Shown: positions 29,105-40,819 of the stretch, piece by piece | Layout: every line of letters begins with the position of its first letter | How positions within the stretch are numbered: position 1 is the first letter of the stretch | NCBI GenBank assembly: GCA_963666365.2 | Contig: CAXXNF010000001.1 | Span: forward strand, 64,001 to 128,000 | DNA length: 64,000 bases | Direction of reading: 5' to 3' | From: Syntrophales bacterium | Lineage (GTDB): Bacteria > Desulfobacterota > Syntrophia > Syntrophales > UBA2210 | Position numbers and translations under genes: made by a program | The notes under the pieces: model-generated | The model's database searches: none | What the model saw: only the letters and a program-made list of their open reading frames with translations | Told to the model about the DNA's origin: nothing

Positions 29105-29871
29105 TACTTCAGTATCAGTTCCGCCACCTTTTTTCCGGAAAGCAGCATGCCTCCGAAGATCGGTCCCATCCTGGGGCCTCCGAAGGCCGCATTGGCCGCC
29201 ATACCGGCGGCATAGACGCCCGGGCAGATCTCCTTTGTATTTTCGAGGGTAAGCTGTTCCGCCTTGTCGGCCCACATGGAGCGTTCTCCCATCACGCCGC
29301 CCGTCTCCGTATTGAGCGCAATATCGGCCTTTCTGGCAATGACCCGAAGAACCTCCGTATCATGCCCCGTCGTGTCGATAATGGTGTTCGCTTCGATCGA
29401 GAGCGGATCTACATGAAGACCGGCCATCTCCACAGGGGACCAGGTAACAACGAGCCCCGTCACCACCCCTTCGCGGATGATTACATCTTCCACACTCATG
29501 CAGTTGAAAATCTTGGCTCCCGCCTTCATGGCATGGGAACAGATAGTGGTGACGCTTTCCACTGCATCGGCGGTATAGTACCCCGGTTCATATTCACGGA
29601 CGGCAATGCCGAAGAGATCGAGAATCTCCTTTCCCTCTTCCTGAACGACGATTTCGTTGAACATCATGCCGCCACCCCACATGCCGCCGCCGATACTCAG
29701 TTTACGTTCGAAAATAGCCACTTTTTTTCCGGCCTTCGCCAGAAAATAGGCCGCCACAAGCCCGGAAGGGCCGGCGCCGACAATTGCCGTATCGACCGTC
29801 GCGTAATCGCTGAATTTTTCAAGAAAGCGGTTGATAATGGCCCGCGTAATTACTACTTCGTTTAATGACAT
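29104..29871 (-). CDS. thi4: sulfide-dependent adenosine diphosphate thiazole synthase
   Basis: [32 protein letters not shown]. Confidence 0.93.
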   Translation of the reverse strand: MSLNEVVITRAIINRFLEKFSDYATVDTAIVGAGPSGLVAAYFLAKAGKKVAIFERKLSIGGGMWGGGMMFNEIVVQEEGKEILDLFGIAVREYEPGYYTADAVESVTTICSHAMKAGAKIFNCMSVEDVIIREGVVTGLVVTWSPVEMAGLHVDPLSIEANTIIDTTGHDTEVLRVIARKADIALNTETGGVMGERSMWADKAEQLTLENTKEICPGVYAAGMAANAAFGGPRMGPIFGGMLLSGKKVAELILK

Positions 29872-30004
29872 TGTAACCTCCTTGTGGTTTCTGAATAATT
29901 AACTTCTCGTTATTGTGTTCCCTATGGGCACAGAGGAAATCGTCCTTTTTTCTCCTGCAACATCATCTCCGCGGTGTCCGAGAGGGATGGTTTCTTGAAT
30001 AATC

Positions 30005-31354
30005 CTATATTGCTTGAAGGCGATTCGACAGGCGAAGCACCTTTTCGACCACCTCGGCAGGAGTTTTACCGAGCACTCGAATCACCGGTTCCTTTCCCAC
30101 ATCGCCGCGGTCAAAAATCATATCGGGAATCCTCGTCCGCTTCGAAAGGACCTCTGCAGTGCCCCATTCAAGCGAAGATCCTTCCCGTTCCTTCACATCA
30201 TCAGGCTCATCGGCACGGTCAAACGAATCCACTTTGTAGCCAAGTTCGCGACACACCGAAATTATCTCTTCAGAAAACCGTATATCGATTGCCGAACGGT
30301 AGAGCCCGTCGTATTTCATTGCCGTAAGCACGATACGCGCCACATGGCTGGAGGCGCCAAAATCCGGATCATGCAGCGTTTCAGCCTTTTCACCGACACG
30401 CACAATCCTTCCGGGCACTCCCGCCACATCGGCCCGATCAAGCGCATAGGGAAGCGCGTAGACAAAGTTCGACTGGATTTCGGGGATAAGATTGCCGCAC
30501 TTTGCATCTTTCAACGTTTCCACTGCATCGCGAAGCTCCTTCACACAGCGGTAACGATCACATTCCCGGAAGAGCATTGCCATGTGATTGGTGGGCCCGT
30601 GACCGGCGCCTATCCGAAGTGAAAAACGAATGGCCATGGTAATGTAGCGCTTTGCCCGCGCCACGGCCTCAAAGGCGCTCAACCCCTGGGCAAGGCCGGT
30701 GGCAATGGCTGCCGAAGTGGTGCACCCCGTGCCGTGCGTGTCTTCCGTGGGAATTCTCTCGGCGGAAAACTCATGAAACCGTACACCGTCATACAAGATA
30801 TCGCACGCATCACCGGACAGGTGTCCCCCTTTGATCAGAACGTTCTGTGCGCCCATGCCGTATATGGCCTGAGCGGCCTTTTTCATATCATCCTCATTGT
30901 CTATGGAACGCCCCGACAACACCTCCGCCTCCGGAATGTTGGGCGTTACCACGTAGGAAAGCGGGAGCAGGCGCTCAATAAGGGTTGTTTTTGCATCCTC
31001 CCTGATCAGCATCGCCCCTCCCTTCGCCACCATCACAGGGTCGACCACAAGTTTCTTGATCTGATACTGTACAATTTTTTCGGCCACCACCCCGATAATT
31101 TCCGGACTTGCCAGCATGCCTGTTTTTGCTCCGTCAATTCCGATATCCTCCGCCACTGCATCGAACTGCTTCGCCACAAAGTCGGGAGGCGTCTCATGAA
31201 TCCCGTGGACACCGAGGGTGTTTTGTGCCGTCAATGCCGTCACCACTGTCATACCAAAACCACCGAGGGCGGCAATCGTCTTCAAATCCGCCTGGATGCC
31301 GGCGCCACCACCGGAATCCGAACCTGCAATCGTCAACACTCTATGTACGGACAT
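30005..31354 (-). CDS. thiD: HMP/HMP-P kinase fused to an archaeal-type thiamine-phosphate synthase (ThiD-ThiN)
   Basis: [16 protein letters not shown] and HGTGCT, then C-terminal LIPEIQSN...FGASSHVAR...GKEP domain. Confidence 0.92.
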   Translation of the reverse strand: MSVHRVLTIAGSDSGGGAGIQADLKTIAALGGFGMTVVTALTAQNTLGVHGIHETPPDFVAKQFDAVAEDIGIDGAKTGMLASPEIIGVVAEKIVQYQIKKLVVDPVMVAKGGAMLIREDAKTTLIERLLPLSYVVTPNIPEAEVLSGRSIDNEDDMKKAAQAIYGMGAQNVLIKGGHLSGDACDILYDGVRFHEFSAERIPTEDTHGTGCTTSAAIATGLAQGLSAFEAVARAKRYITMAIRFSLRIGAGHGPTNHMAMLFRECDRYRCVKELRDAVETLKDAKCGNLIPEIQSNFVYALPYALDRADVAGVPGRIVRVGEKAETLHDPDFGASSHVARIVLTAMKYDGLYRSAIDIRFSEEIISVCRELGYKVDSFDRADEPDDVKEREGSSLEWGTAEVLSKRTRIPDMIFDRGDVGKEPVIRVLGKTPAEVVEKVLRLSNRLQAI

Positions 31355-31365
31355 ATTCTATTTTC

Positions 31366-32025
31366 TCACTCTCTGGGCATCTGCCTATAATGAATGACCA
31401 GAAGGTATCCGGTCTTCACCGAAATATGACCTTCCGAACCCGTAAGCCTGTTGCTTATTCCATAGGGAGAGCCCTGCTCCATCCGGGCATCGGCGAGGGG
31501 ATATTCGAATCCCGACAGTGTGATGCCCGTTGCTTCTTCCGCAAGGGGAAGCAGCGATACCGTCTGTCCGGGAGCGCCCCGTATCGTCGCCGACCCATTC
31601 ACGACGAACAGTTCAGAACAGTCATCAAAAATCCGAATATCGACACCCTGTGCGACACCGGCAACCAGGAGCGAAATATTTGCCAGCCCGTGATCGATGC
31701 GACTCCCCAGGGCGCCCACTATGCGTATGCGGTGTGGCGTCAGCGAAAGGGCATGAATAAGGGCAAGCTCCGTATCCGTCTCATTCTTCGACCGCGGGTA
31801 ACGAAGGATTTTCGAGCCTTTCGCCTCATAAGCGCTGAGCAGATCATCGTCTATGGAATCCATATCGCCTATTATCACAGACGGAATCAGACCCAGGGCT
31901 TCGCAATAACGTGCGCCGCCGTCGGCACAGATAATTGTGGCATTCGCCTCCCGATCCAGTATCTTTTTCACCCATGCCGTATCAGCGATCGTTCCTCCTG
32001 AAATGATGTATACGGTGTCTTTCAT
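31366..32025 (-). CDS. thiN: thiamine diphosphokinase
   Basis: ADGGA, GDMDS, K.ETD.ELAL, GA.G.R.DH, GISN motifs. Confidence 0.9.
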   Translation of the reverse strand: MKDTVYIISGGTIADTAWVKKILDREANATIICADGGARYCEALGLIPSVIIGDMDSIDDDLLSAYEAKGSKILRYPRSKNETDTELALIHALSLTPHRIRIVGALGSRIDHGLANISLLVAGVAQGVDIRIFDDCSELFVVNGSATIRGAPGQTVSLLPLAEEATGITLSGFEYPLADARMEQGSPYGISNRLTGSEGHISVKTGYLLVIHYRQMPRE

Positions 32026-32071
32026 GCCAGGCTGTCTCAAATACTCTTGGTCCCTTCAGTCAGTGTTCCAT

Positions 32072-32108
32072 AAAAAATGGGCGCACCCCTTACACCGGAT
32101 ACGCCCAT
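32072..32108 (-). terminator. riboswitch expression-platform terminator
   Basis: Minus strand ATGGGCGTATCC...GGGTGCGCCCAT followed by T5. Confidence 0.8.
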
Positions 32109-32120
32109 AAAAGATTTCAC

Positions 32121-32198
32121 ATCGTCTCCCTACGCTGGCATTACCCAGGTCAGGTTCAAAGGGTATCTTCTCAGCCGTTCCGGCACCCCTGAAAACAT
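32121..32198 (-). ncRNA. TPP riboswitch
   Basis: Minus strand CAGGGGTGCC...GGCTGAGA..ATACCCTTTGAACCTGACCTGGGTAATGCCAGCGTAGGGA. Confidence 0.97.
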
Positions 32199-32432
32199 CT
32201 CTATTTTTAAAAGAGATGTATGCTACCACACTCTCTCAACCGAATCAAGAGAAATGACAACAGAGAAATGACACACCTGACTGCCTCAATATGACGCACA
32301 CAGCAGTGCGCTGTCAGTGGAGAAAATATTGCTTGCAAAGGGATATCGATTTTGGCATAGCCTGTAGAGCACGCCTGAAAAATTTCATATACTGACAAAC
32401 CGCATCGCATGTAGAGAGACAAAGGAACCGAC

Positions 32433-33363
32433 ATGTCTGCATTGAAAACACCCGCCCTCTTTCTTGCATCGCTATCTGCACTGGTCACGGTTATAATCCT
32501 CATGACCGGCTGCCAGAGCAGGTATGAAAATCTGGATCTTTCGATGTATCAGTACCGCGATACAAAAAATCTGGTGAAATTTGTATATGATGCCGCATCC
32601 ATATTGGAAAAAGAAGGGATGAAGGGACTGGATTATTTTCGCCGCAATCGCACTATGTTCATAACTGAGGATTATTACCTTTATATATACGATACTGACG
32701 GCATCAATATGTTCCATGCGGGCATGGAACACCTTGAAGGGAAAAATCTCGCCGACATTACGGACAAAGACGGGAAAAAAACCCTATCAGATGGCCTTAC
32801 GGGCCCTGAAAGATCCTCACAATCCTCATGCCTGGGTACACTATTCCTGGTGGGAACCGGGGAAATTTTATCCTGTTCCCAAATCATCCTGTCATTTCAA
32901 GGTCACAACCCCTGAAGGAACACAGCTCTTCGTCGGTGGCGGATTGAATTATCCCTTCGAAGAAAAGGAATTTATCAGAATCATTGTGGACAGTGCGGTT
33001 GATCTCATCGAGAAAAAGGGGAAGAACGCCCTGTCCGAAATTTCAGATCCTCTGTCTAAATATCACTATCGTGATGTGTGCGTATTCGCCTTTCGCCCCA
33101 ACGGCGACATACTCATTTCTCCCATTATGGGCAGCAGCATCTACGGAATCCAACTCCTCGAGTGCAGGGACCAAGTCGGACACAGGCCCTTTATGAACGC
33201 CTTGAGCAAGCTTCAATCGACAGATCGTGCGTGGGAAATATTTATGGTGAAAAGCAGGTATCAGCGACAGCTTGTAAAAAAGTGCCTCTACCTTCGCAAC
33301 ACGGTCTTGTCGGGGGAAGAAATCTTTGTGGGTGCAATTACGAACCTCCCCATGCCGGTATAA
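32433..33363 (+). pseudogene. tandem Cache-domain lipoprotein, frameshifted in an A7 run
   Basis: ORFs 32433-32915 and 32716-33363 join into one Cache-like protein if one A is removed at 32775-32781; lipobox MTGC. Confidence 0.75.
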
Positions 33364-33376
33364 GAAGAACAGGAGT

Positions 33377-34732
33377 ATGTCGATGGACAAAGAAGAGTCT
33401 GCAATAGAGTATTCCGTAAATCAGGTTCCTCCCCTGCGGCACCTGTTGCTGTCGTCAATCCAGCATGTGCTTATTATGTTCGTGTCCCTTGCATTGCCCG
33501 TTATCTTTGCCAGCCAGATGATGGGAAGTGTTGAATTTACAAGAAATTTTATCGCCTTTTCCATGCTTGCGGCGGGTCTGGGATCTATTATGCAATCCGC
33601 CGGACTCCCCTTCATCGGTTCCCGCTATTTATGCCCCAATGTCTGCGGACCCTCCTATTTCAGTCTTTCATTATCCGCCGCATGGACGGGGGGCATTCCC
33701 CTGATGCGGGGAATGATCATTGTGGCAGGATTGATTGAGATGGCCCTTGCCCCGGTGCTTCAGAAGTTAAAGAATATATTCCCCACATTCATTGTGGGAC
33801 TCGTGGTCGCAATGGTCGGGGTAAGTGTAATAAAAATATCGGTGGCATCAGTGTTCGGCGTGGCCTATCAGGGAGACGGCATCCGCAACAGCGACATCAT
33901 CATCGGGATCTGCTCGCTGATGGTGATGGTGCTCTGTAATCTCTGGGGCAGGGGGTTTGTAAAGACTTATTGTCTCCTTATAGGAATGCTGGCGGGCTGG
34001 GTGCTTGCGGTCATGCTGCTTCCCGAATATTGGCATAACATCCTTGAAGTACGCAGCGTCCCCCTTTTCGCGCTCCCCTCGTTCGGCCATGAGTTCACCC
34101 ATATCACCTTTGATGTAAAAATGCTGATCCCCTTTACGATAATTGCAATCAGTGGTTCTCTGAAATCATTCGGCAATTTACTGGCGGCGCAGAAGATATC
34201 CGAACCAGGATTAGAGAAACCGAACTTTGTGCCCATCCGCAAAGGGCTTCTGGCGGATGGCGCCTCCACGGCACTGGCCGGTCTTCTTGGGGGAATGGCA
34301 GTCGATACGTCATCCAGCAACATCGGGCTCGCCGGCGCCACAAAGGTTCTCAGCCGCTGGATCAGCGTAGGCGCGGGCGTTATCTTCGTAATCCTGGCAT
34401 TCCTGCCAAAGATATCCGCTGTCCTGTCGCTTACACCTAAACCGGTATTCGGCGCGGCAATCGTGTTTACCGGCTGTTTCATGATATGCATCGGCCTCCA
34501 GGAAACGTTCAGTGAAACCTGGGACCCCCGGAAAACCTTTGTAGTGGGGATCGCGCTTTTTTCGGGCTTGAGCACCGCCTTTCTGCCGGGACTGTACGCA
34601 CGGGCGCCGCACGTGATTCAAATATTCTTTACCGACCCCCTGCCAACTACTGCAATTGTTGCGGTAATCCTTAATCAGATTTTTAACATCGATTTCGTAT
34701 TCGGGAAACTTAAGAAAAAAATTCACCGGTAA
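33377..34732 (+). CDS. NCS2 (xanthine/uracil) family permease
   Basis: IQHVL motif, GLLADG, NIGLAGATKV.SR signature. Confidence 0.88.
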   Translation: MSMDKEESAIEYSVNQVPPLRHLLLSSIQHVLIMFVSLALPVIFASQMMGSVEFTRNFIAFSMLAAGLGSIMQSAGLPFIGSRYLCPNVCGPSYFSLSLSAAWTGGIPLMRGMIIVAGLIEMALAPVLQKLKNIFPTFIVGLVVAMVGVSVIKISVASVFGVAYQGDGIRNSDIIIGICSLMVMVLCNLWGRGFVKTYCLLIGMLAGWVLAVMLLPEYWHNILEVRSVPLFALPSFGHEFTHITFDVKMLIPFTIIAISGSLKSFGNLLAAQKISEPGLEKPNFVPIRKGLLADGASTALAGLLGGMAVDTSSSNIGLAGATKVLSRWISVGAGVIFVILAFLPKISAVLSLTPKPVFGAAIVFTGCFMICIGLQETFSETWDPRKTFVVGIALFSGLSTAFLPGLYARAPHVIQIFFTDPLPTTAIVAVILNQIFNIDFVFGKLKKKIHR

Positions 34733-34768
34733 CGGTGTACAGCCGTCCGTTCTGTAAGGAGGGAACCT

Positions 34769-36691
34769 ATGCTGCAACGGATCTTTTCACCTATTGAAAT
34801 CGGGAGTGTGACGATTCCCAACCGGCTTGTAGTGCCAGCGATGGTCATGAACTATTGCAACACCGACGGTACGGCAACGGAACGGTACAGTGCCTATCAC
34901 GAGGCAAAGGCCCGTGGCGGCTGGGGGCTCATCATCACAGAGGATTATGCCGTAAACCCCCTGGGGAAGGGATTTCCGAACATTCCCGGACTTTGGGAAG
35001 ACAGCCAGATAGAAAGTCACCGGCACGTGACCGAACGGGTGCATAACGCCGGCGGCATCCTCTTTGCGCAGATCTATCACTGCGGGCGGCAAACCTCGAA
35101 TCGGGTAATCGGATGCCGGCCCGTTGCCCCGTCTCCCATACCATGCCCAGCGGTCAAAGAAATGCCCCGTGAACTCACCGTGCCGGAAATACACAGACTC
35201 GTCGAAGAATTCGGCGACTGCGCGCTCCGGGCACGGCAGGCGGGCTTTGACGGCATAGAGGTGCACGGCGCCCACGGCTATCTCATTGCCCAGTTTCTGT
35301 CCTCCTACTCCAACAAACGAACCGACGCCTATGGGGGGAATTTTTTGAATCGCCTCCGCTTCTCAATTGAAATTATAGAGAATATACGGGCAAAAGCGGG
35401 GGACGACTTCCCGGTCATATTTCGCATATCGGCAGACGAAATGGTACCGGGGGGCAGAACCATCGAAGACACGAAGGCCATCGCCATGATGCTCCAAGAC
35501 GCAGGCGTCCATGCGCTGCATGTCAGCGTCGGCGCCTATGGAAGCGGCTACGCGATCATTCCTCCTGGGGCGGTGGGTCACGGGTGGATCACTCACTGGG
35601 CGGAAGAAGTAAAAAAGGTGGTCGCCCTCCCGGTCATTACCGTCGGAAGGATCACCGATCCCTTTATTGCAGAATCGATACTCGCCTCCGGGGCGGCGGA
35701 TCTGATCGCCATGGGCAGGGCCTCGCTTGCCGATCCGGCACTTCCTCGAAAAGCAGCCGCAGGAAGGTACGATGACATTAATGCCTGTATCGCCTGCATG
35801 CAGGGATGCCAGGGAATGATTGCCGCCTACAAACCGGCCACCTGCCTTGTCAACCCCACCCTTGGAAAAGAAAAGGAAAGCGTGATCACGGCAGCCGAAA
35901 CCAAAAAGAAGGTCTTTATCGCCGGTGGCGGCCCCGCAGGAATGGAAACGGCAATGGTGGCGGCGCTGCGCGGACATGAAGTGCACCTTTTTGAAGAACG
36001 TCAATGGCTGGGGGGGCAGCTTTACCTCGCCGCCATTCCACCTGCCAAGGGCGAATTTTCCGGCTTCATCAGGTGGCTGAAGACGCGTCTCGACGACCTT
36101 GGCGTACAGGTCCACCTGTCAAGAACACTGACGGAGGAACAGGTCCGTGCGGACACACCGGACATCGTCGTGATTGCCACGGGAAGCATCGCGCGTTCTC
36201 TGGCCCTGCCGGGCATGGAAACAGCCTCCTTCGTTACAGCCCAGGATGCCCTGGAGGGCACGGTGGCCGTGGGCAGGAGAACCGCTGTTATAGGAGGAGG
36301 CTCGACCGGAGCGGAAACGGCGGCACATCTGGCGCATCATGGCAAATCGGTCGATCTTTTTGAGATGCTGCCCCACATTGCCTCAGATGAAGAAGCAACT
36401 ACTCGCCGATTTCTCCTTGAAATGCTGGCGGAAAAAAATGTTCGGATTCATGTAAACTCCATCGTGAAAGAAGTCTCGCGCGACGGCATCCTGATCGAAC
36501 ACGCGGGCATGAGAGAAACCTGTGGTCCCTTCGATACCGTGGTCACCGCAGTAGGATCGAAACCGCGCAATGAAGCGGTTGAGAGGATGAAGTCCCTGGG
36601 AGTCGAGGTCATCGTGGTGGGAGACGCCTCAATGGTGCGAAATGCGCTTGAAGCCGTTGCTGAAGGCTATCGCGCCGGCCTTTCGATTTAG
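34769..36691 (+). CDS. NADH:flavin oxidoreductase (OYE / 2,4-dienoyl-CoA reductase-like, Fe-S)
   Basis: HGAHGYLIAQFLS, CIACMQGC, GGGPAGM. Confidence 0.92.
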   Translation: MLQRIFSPIEIGSVTIPNRLVVPAMVMNYCNTDGTATERYSAYHEAKARGGWGLIITEDYAVNPLGKGFPNIPGLWEDSQIESHRHVTERVHNAGGILFAQIYHCGRQTSNRVIGCRPVAPSPIPCPAVKEMPRELTVPEIHRLVEEFGDCALRARQAGFDGIEVHGAHGYLIAQFLSSYSNKRTDAYGGNFLNRLRFSIEIIENIRAKAGDDFPVIFRISADEMVPGGRTIEDTKAIAMMLQDAGVHALHVSVGAYGSGYAIIPPGAVGHGWITHWAEEVKKVVALPVITVGRITDPFIAESILASGAADLIAMGRASLADPALPRKAAAGRYDDINACIACMQGCQGMIAAYKPATCLVNPTLGKEKESVITAAETKKKVFIAGGGPAGMETAMVAALRGHEVHLFEERQWLGGQLYLAAIPPAKGEFSGFIRWLKTRLDDLGVQVHLSRTLTEEQVRADTPDIVVIATGSIARSLALPGMETASFVTAQDALEGTVAVGRRTAVIGGGSTGAETAAHLAHHGKSVDLFEMLPHIASDEEATTRRFLLEMLAEKNVRIHVNSIVKEVSRDGILIEHAGMRETCGPFDTVVTAVGSKPRNEAVERMKSLGVEVIVVGDASMVRNALEAVAEGYRAGLSI

Positions 36692-36735
36692 GAACACCAC
36701 GCGCTTTGACCATACTCGCACGAAGCGTCCTTTCC

Positions 36736-37721
36736 TTACTTTTCCCGGACCTCAAGGCCGAGCCGTTCCAGCAGTGCAAGGTCCTCGTCGAGGGACCGCC
36801 CTTTCGTGGTCAGATAATTATTTGTCATGACCCCGCTGGCGCCGGCATAATAAATAAGCGGGTGAAGCTCCTTCAGGTTCCATTCTCTTCCGCCGCATAC
36901 AATGAGTTCCTTGTCGGGAAGCACATAGCGGAACAGGGCAATAATTTTGAGACACCGAAGCGGCGACAGCGGCGGCGCCTGGGCGAGCCTGGTTCCGGGA
37001 ATCGGCTAACCAGAAAATTGAGGGGCACTGCATCTACATCAAGGGTTTTCAGCGCCAAGGCCAGTTCCAGCACCTGCCTATCCGTCTCACCCGTTCCGAA
37101 CACCCCGCCTGAACAGATGGAAAGGCCCGCCTGTTTCGCTGCCAGTATCGTATCCACCCGCGCTCCATAGGAGTGGGAGGTGCACAGGCGATCGAAATGG
37201 CTTTCCGCTGTTTCGAGATTGTGATGGTATCTACCCACTCCGGCTTCCTTTAACAGCTGCAGGGCATCATCATCGAGAATGCCGAGAGAGGCACAGGCGC
37301 CGATGCCTTCCGCATCGAGACCGGAAAGCGCCGCCGCTACAACTGCAACCTCTCGCCGGGGAAGTCCTCTCCCGCTGGTGACCACGGAATAACGGTGCAC
37401 CGGCGTCAATGCTGCGCGCCTTCCTGTCTCATGAAGCTCATCACTGGAACGCAACGGATACACGGGGGCATCCGTGTCGGCCGCCGATGACTGCGCACAG
37501 AAGGCGCAGTTCTCACTGCACCTGCCCGACTTGCCGTTCACAATCGTGCAGAGCTGAATGGCATTGCCGAAAAAATGAGTCCGTATCAGGTCGGCCCCCG
37601 CCATAAGCGAAAGTATCTCCCTTTCGGGCGTTTCGGCAAGCTCCTCACATATTTCTCTTCCGGGGACATTCCCCTCTATCACCGCCTCGGCCAGTTCCAA
37701 CAGCCCTTTCCGGTTCATCAT
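36736..37721 (-). pseudogene. bioB: biotin synthase, frameshifted near 37007
   Basis: CSENCAFC and YHHNLET; after NFLV the conserved PIPGT...CGGRE...NYLTT continues in another frame. Confidence 0.85.
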
Positions 37722-37725
37722 TGAT

Positions 37726-38358
37726 TCAGCCTTTCACGCAAAAATATCTATCAAAGGCCTCTTTCAGCGCAGAGGCATCCATCGACGGCAGGGGGGGGAC
37801 CTCGGCAAGCACCTCCGTCTTTCCGTAATGCACTATGGCGTCCCGGTTGGACCCATTTTCAGGACCGTTCATGACCACGCCGAACACATCGAGCCCCCGC
37901 GCCCTGAGCGCTGCCAGAGAAAGCAGCGTATGATTGATGGTGCCCAGGGTGCTTCGTGCAACCAGAATCACGGGCAGATTCAGGAGCTGCATCAGATCAC
38001 CCATGTATTCCTTTTCATTCAGCGGCGCCATGATGCCTCCCGCCCCTTCCACTATCAGATAGCCCTCTGTGCGAGGCACGCTGAATGCGGCAAGATCGAT
38101 CAGCACACCCTCGGCAGCAGCCGATGCGTGAGGCGACAACGCACGGAGGAGCCGGTATGTTTCAGGAAAAAAATGAGTTTCCGGCAAACCGGTGGCCCGT
38201 CGAATCCATTCCGTATCGGTTGTGTCCTCAAGTCCGCTCTGGACAGGTTTCCAGTATGCGCCCTTAAGACCGGCCATCAGAATCGCCGAAATCACGGTCT
38301 TCCCTACATCGGTATCAGTGCCGGTTACAAAAAACCGGCGGGGAAATAATTTTTTCAT
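37726..38358 (-). CDS. bioD: dethiobiotin synthase
   Basis: GTDTDVGKT, KPVQSG, EGAGG, LGTINHT. Confidence 0.95.
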   Translation of the reverse strand: MKKLFPRRFFVTGTDTDVGKTVISAILMAGLKGAYWKPVQSGLEDTTDTEWIRRATGLPETHFFPETYRLLRALSPHASAAAEGVLIDLAAFSVPRTEGYLIVEGAGGIMAPLNEKEYMGDLMQLLNLPVILVARSTLGTINHTLLSLAALRARGLDVFGVVMNGPENGSNRDAIVHYGKTEVLAEVPPLPSMDASALKEAFDRYFCVKG

Positions 38359-39533
38359 TGTCCATGCTCCCACGACCACCGCCGAAACCCGTCAACAAGC
38401 CGGCGGATATGTTCATCAGTGTGTAATACCGAAAGGGTCAGACGGATTCTCGATTCCCCCCGTGCCACCGTGGGTGGCCGCACGGCGAGGGCCAGCAGAC
38501 CGCTCTCTTCCAGTTTTTTCGATAGCGCCAGGGTCTCTTCTTCGCCGCCGATGAGCACCGGAACGATCTGCGTAATCGAATCACCGGTGTCGAATCCCAG
38601 CGCATGGAGGGCATCCCTCAGATACTCCGCCTTTTGCCGGATCTCCCTTCTCTCCTTCTCCATGGAGGGAACCAGATCGAGGGCGGCATCTATCGCTCCC
38701 ACCACAGGGGGAGGAAGGGCCGTGCTGTAGATAAATCCTGAGCAGTAATTGACCATGTAGTCGCGCATCCTCTGCGACAGGGCAAAGTAGGCCCCGAAAG
38801 ATCCCAGCGCCTTGCCGAAGGTACCCACACAAATATCCGCCTTCCCGTCACAGGCGAGCCCCATGCCCCTTGCTCCCTGAACCCCGGTGGCGTGGGCCTC
38901 ATCAACAATGGTAATAATCTGATACTCGGCGCCCAGGGAGGCCAGCCTGTCGACATCTCCGCAGTCCCCGTCCATGCTGAAGACCGATTCGGTTACCACC
39001 AGCACCCGTGAATACCCCCTGGTCAGGCTCGCCTCGAGAAGTTCACGCAGGTGACCCATATCGTTATGGCGGTAGGGAATCACCTCGCATCTCGCCAGCC
39101 GGGCGCCCTCAATGATGCTTCGATGGTTCAATGCATCCGAAAGTATTAATGCATGCCGATCCGCCAGGGCGGCCAGCAGAGACAGATTTGCCTGATATCC
39201 CGAATTGAGAATCAGGGCCGCCTCGGTCCCTTTCAGACGGGCCAGTTTTTCTTCAACCTCTTCCATGCACTGATAGGTGCCGCAGATAAGCCGCGACGCC
39301 GTCGCACCCGTGCCGTATCGCCTGCTGAACTCCTGTGACCGCTCTATGAGAAGAGGATGTTTGGAAAGCCCCAGGTAATCATTGGAACAGAAATTGACCA
39401 TGGTGCGCCCCTCCGTTTCCACTTCGATCGCCGATGTGGGGAAAAGGGGCCGCAGTGTGCGAAACCGGCGACCGGACCTCCTTTTCTCAAGCGCCTCTTC
39501 GACAAATCCGTACGAGCGGGGAACCGGCATCAT
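38355..39533 (-). CDS. bioF: 8-amino-7-oxononanoate synthase
   Basis: [26 protein letters not shown]. Confidence 0.95.
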   Translation of the reverse strand: MMPVPRSYGFVEEALEKRRSGRRFRTLRPLFPTSAIEVETEGRTMVNFCSNDYLGLSKHPLLIERSQEFSRRYGTGATASRLICGTYQCMEEVEEKLARLKGTEAALILNSGYQANLSLLAALADRHALILSDALNHRSIIEGARLARCEVIPYRHNDMGHLRELLEASLTRGYSRVLVVTESVFSMDGDCGDVDRLASLGAEYQIITIVDEAHATGVQGARGMGLACDGKADICVGTFGKALGSFGAYFALSQRMRDYMVNYCSGFIYSTALPPPVVGAIDAALDLVPSMEKERREIRQKAEYLRDALHALGFDTGDSITQIVPVLIGGEEETLALSKKLEESGLLALAVRPPTVARGESRIRLTLSVLHTDEHIRRLVDGFRRWSWEHGQ

Positions 39534-40819
39534 AGTCCTTCCTCTTCGACGGCTTCGACAATGGCGCCGGTGATCTGCAGCAGGTCGTCCTTTTCGATGC
39601 AATAGGGGGGCATGGTATAGACGCGTGTTCCGAAAGGTCGAAGCCAGACTCCTTTGTCCACAAACCGTTTCTGAATGGATGCCATGTGGACCGGCTTTTT
39701 GAGTTCAACAACGCCGATCGCACCGAGGACCCTCACATCGGCTACATTCGGATATTTTTCGCAGGGCATGAGCGCTTCTCGAAGGCATGTCTCTATTGCC
39801 GTCACCCGCTCCTTCCAGGGACTTTCACAGAGCAGTGCCACGCTTGCCCGCGCGACCGCGCAGGCAAGCGGGTTTCCCATGAATGTGGGACCATGCATGA
39901 ATGCCCCCGATCCATACCCGGAAATCCCTTCGCTTATCCGCTCGGTGGTCAATGTCGCGGCAAGGCTCATATATCCACCGGTGAGCGCCTTGCCCAGGCA
40001 CATAATGTCGGGAGCAATATCCGCGTGTTCGCAGGCGAAAAGGACACCGGTACGGCCGAACCCCGTGGCGATTTCATCAAGAATGAGCAGCACGTCGTAG
40101 GTATTGCAGAGTTCCCTTACGCGGCGAAGGTATCGGGGAGCGTAAAACCTCATCCCCCCCGCCCCCTGCACGACCGGTTCCAGGATTACCGCTGCCAGTT
40201 CTCTATGGTGCGTGGATATAAGGTTTTTAAAATCAATTATATATGATTCATCCCACAGTGCATCAAAGCGGCATCGGGGCGCCTCCGCAAAGTAGTGCTT
40301 CTGCAGCAGGCCGGAAAACATCTCATGCATACCCGTTATCGGATCGCACACGGCCATGGCCCCAAAGGTATCGCCATGGTAGCCCGAACGGATCGTCAGC
40401 AGCCGGTTCTTTTCAGGCCGGCCCAGCGCATACCAGTACTGGATCGCCATCTTGATGGCCACTTCCACGCTTACCGAACCCGAATCACAGAGGAAAACCT
40501 TCTGCAAGGGTTCCGGAGTGAGGTCGATCAGAAGCCGGGCCAGTTCGATCGCCGGTTTGTGAGTGAGACCGCCGAACATAACGTGCGACATTGACGCAAT
40601 CTGCCGGCAGGCCGCCTCATTCAGAACCGGGTGATTATACCCGTGTATGGCGGCCCACCACGACGACATGCCGTCTATCAGTTCCCGACCGTCGGCAAGC
40701 CTGAGCCGGACTCCCTCCGCCGACACCACGGGATAGGTAGGAATCGGATCGCGCATAGAGGTATAGGGATGCCAGAGGTGGTCCCGGTCGAATTCACCTG
40801 CACGCTGCCACTCATTCAT
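39530..40819 (-). CDS. bioA: adenosylmethionine-8-amino-7-oxononanoate transaminase
   Basis: [31 protein letters not shown]. Confidence 0.95.
   Translation of the reverse strand: MNEWQRAGEFDRDHLWHPYTSMRDPIPTYPVVSAEGVRLRLADGRELIDGMSSWWAAIHGYNHPVLNEAACRQIASMSHVMFGGLTHKPAIELARLLIDLTPEPLQKVFLCDSGSVSVEVAIKMAIQYWYALGRPEKNRLLTIRSGYHGDTFGAMAVCDPITGMHEMFSGLLQKHYFAEAPRCRFDALWDESYIIDFKNLISTHHRELAAVILEPVVQGAGGMRFYAPRYLRRVRELCNTYDVLLILDEIATGFGRTGVLFACEHADIAPDIMCLGKALTGGYMSLAATLTTERISEGISGYGSGAFMHGPTFMGNPLACAVARASVALLCESPWKERVTAIETCLREALMPCEKYPNVADVRVLGAIGVVELKKPVHMASIQKRFVDKGVWLRPFGTRVYTMPPYCIEKDDLLQITGAIVEAVEEEGL

Noticed and set aside
32352..32370. TTGGCATAG as a sigma-54 promoter for the Cache/NCS2 unit
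   Set aside because: The -12 GC is missing.
37003..37010. Pyrrolysine or programmed recoding at the TAG in bioB
   Set aside because: The TAG is not in the upstream reading frame; a simple indel explains the break.
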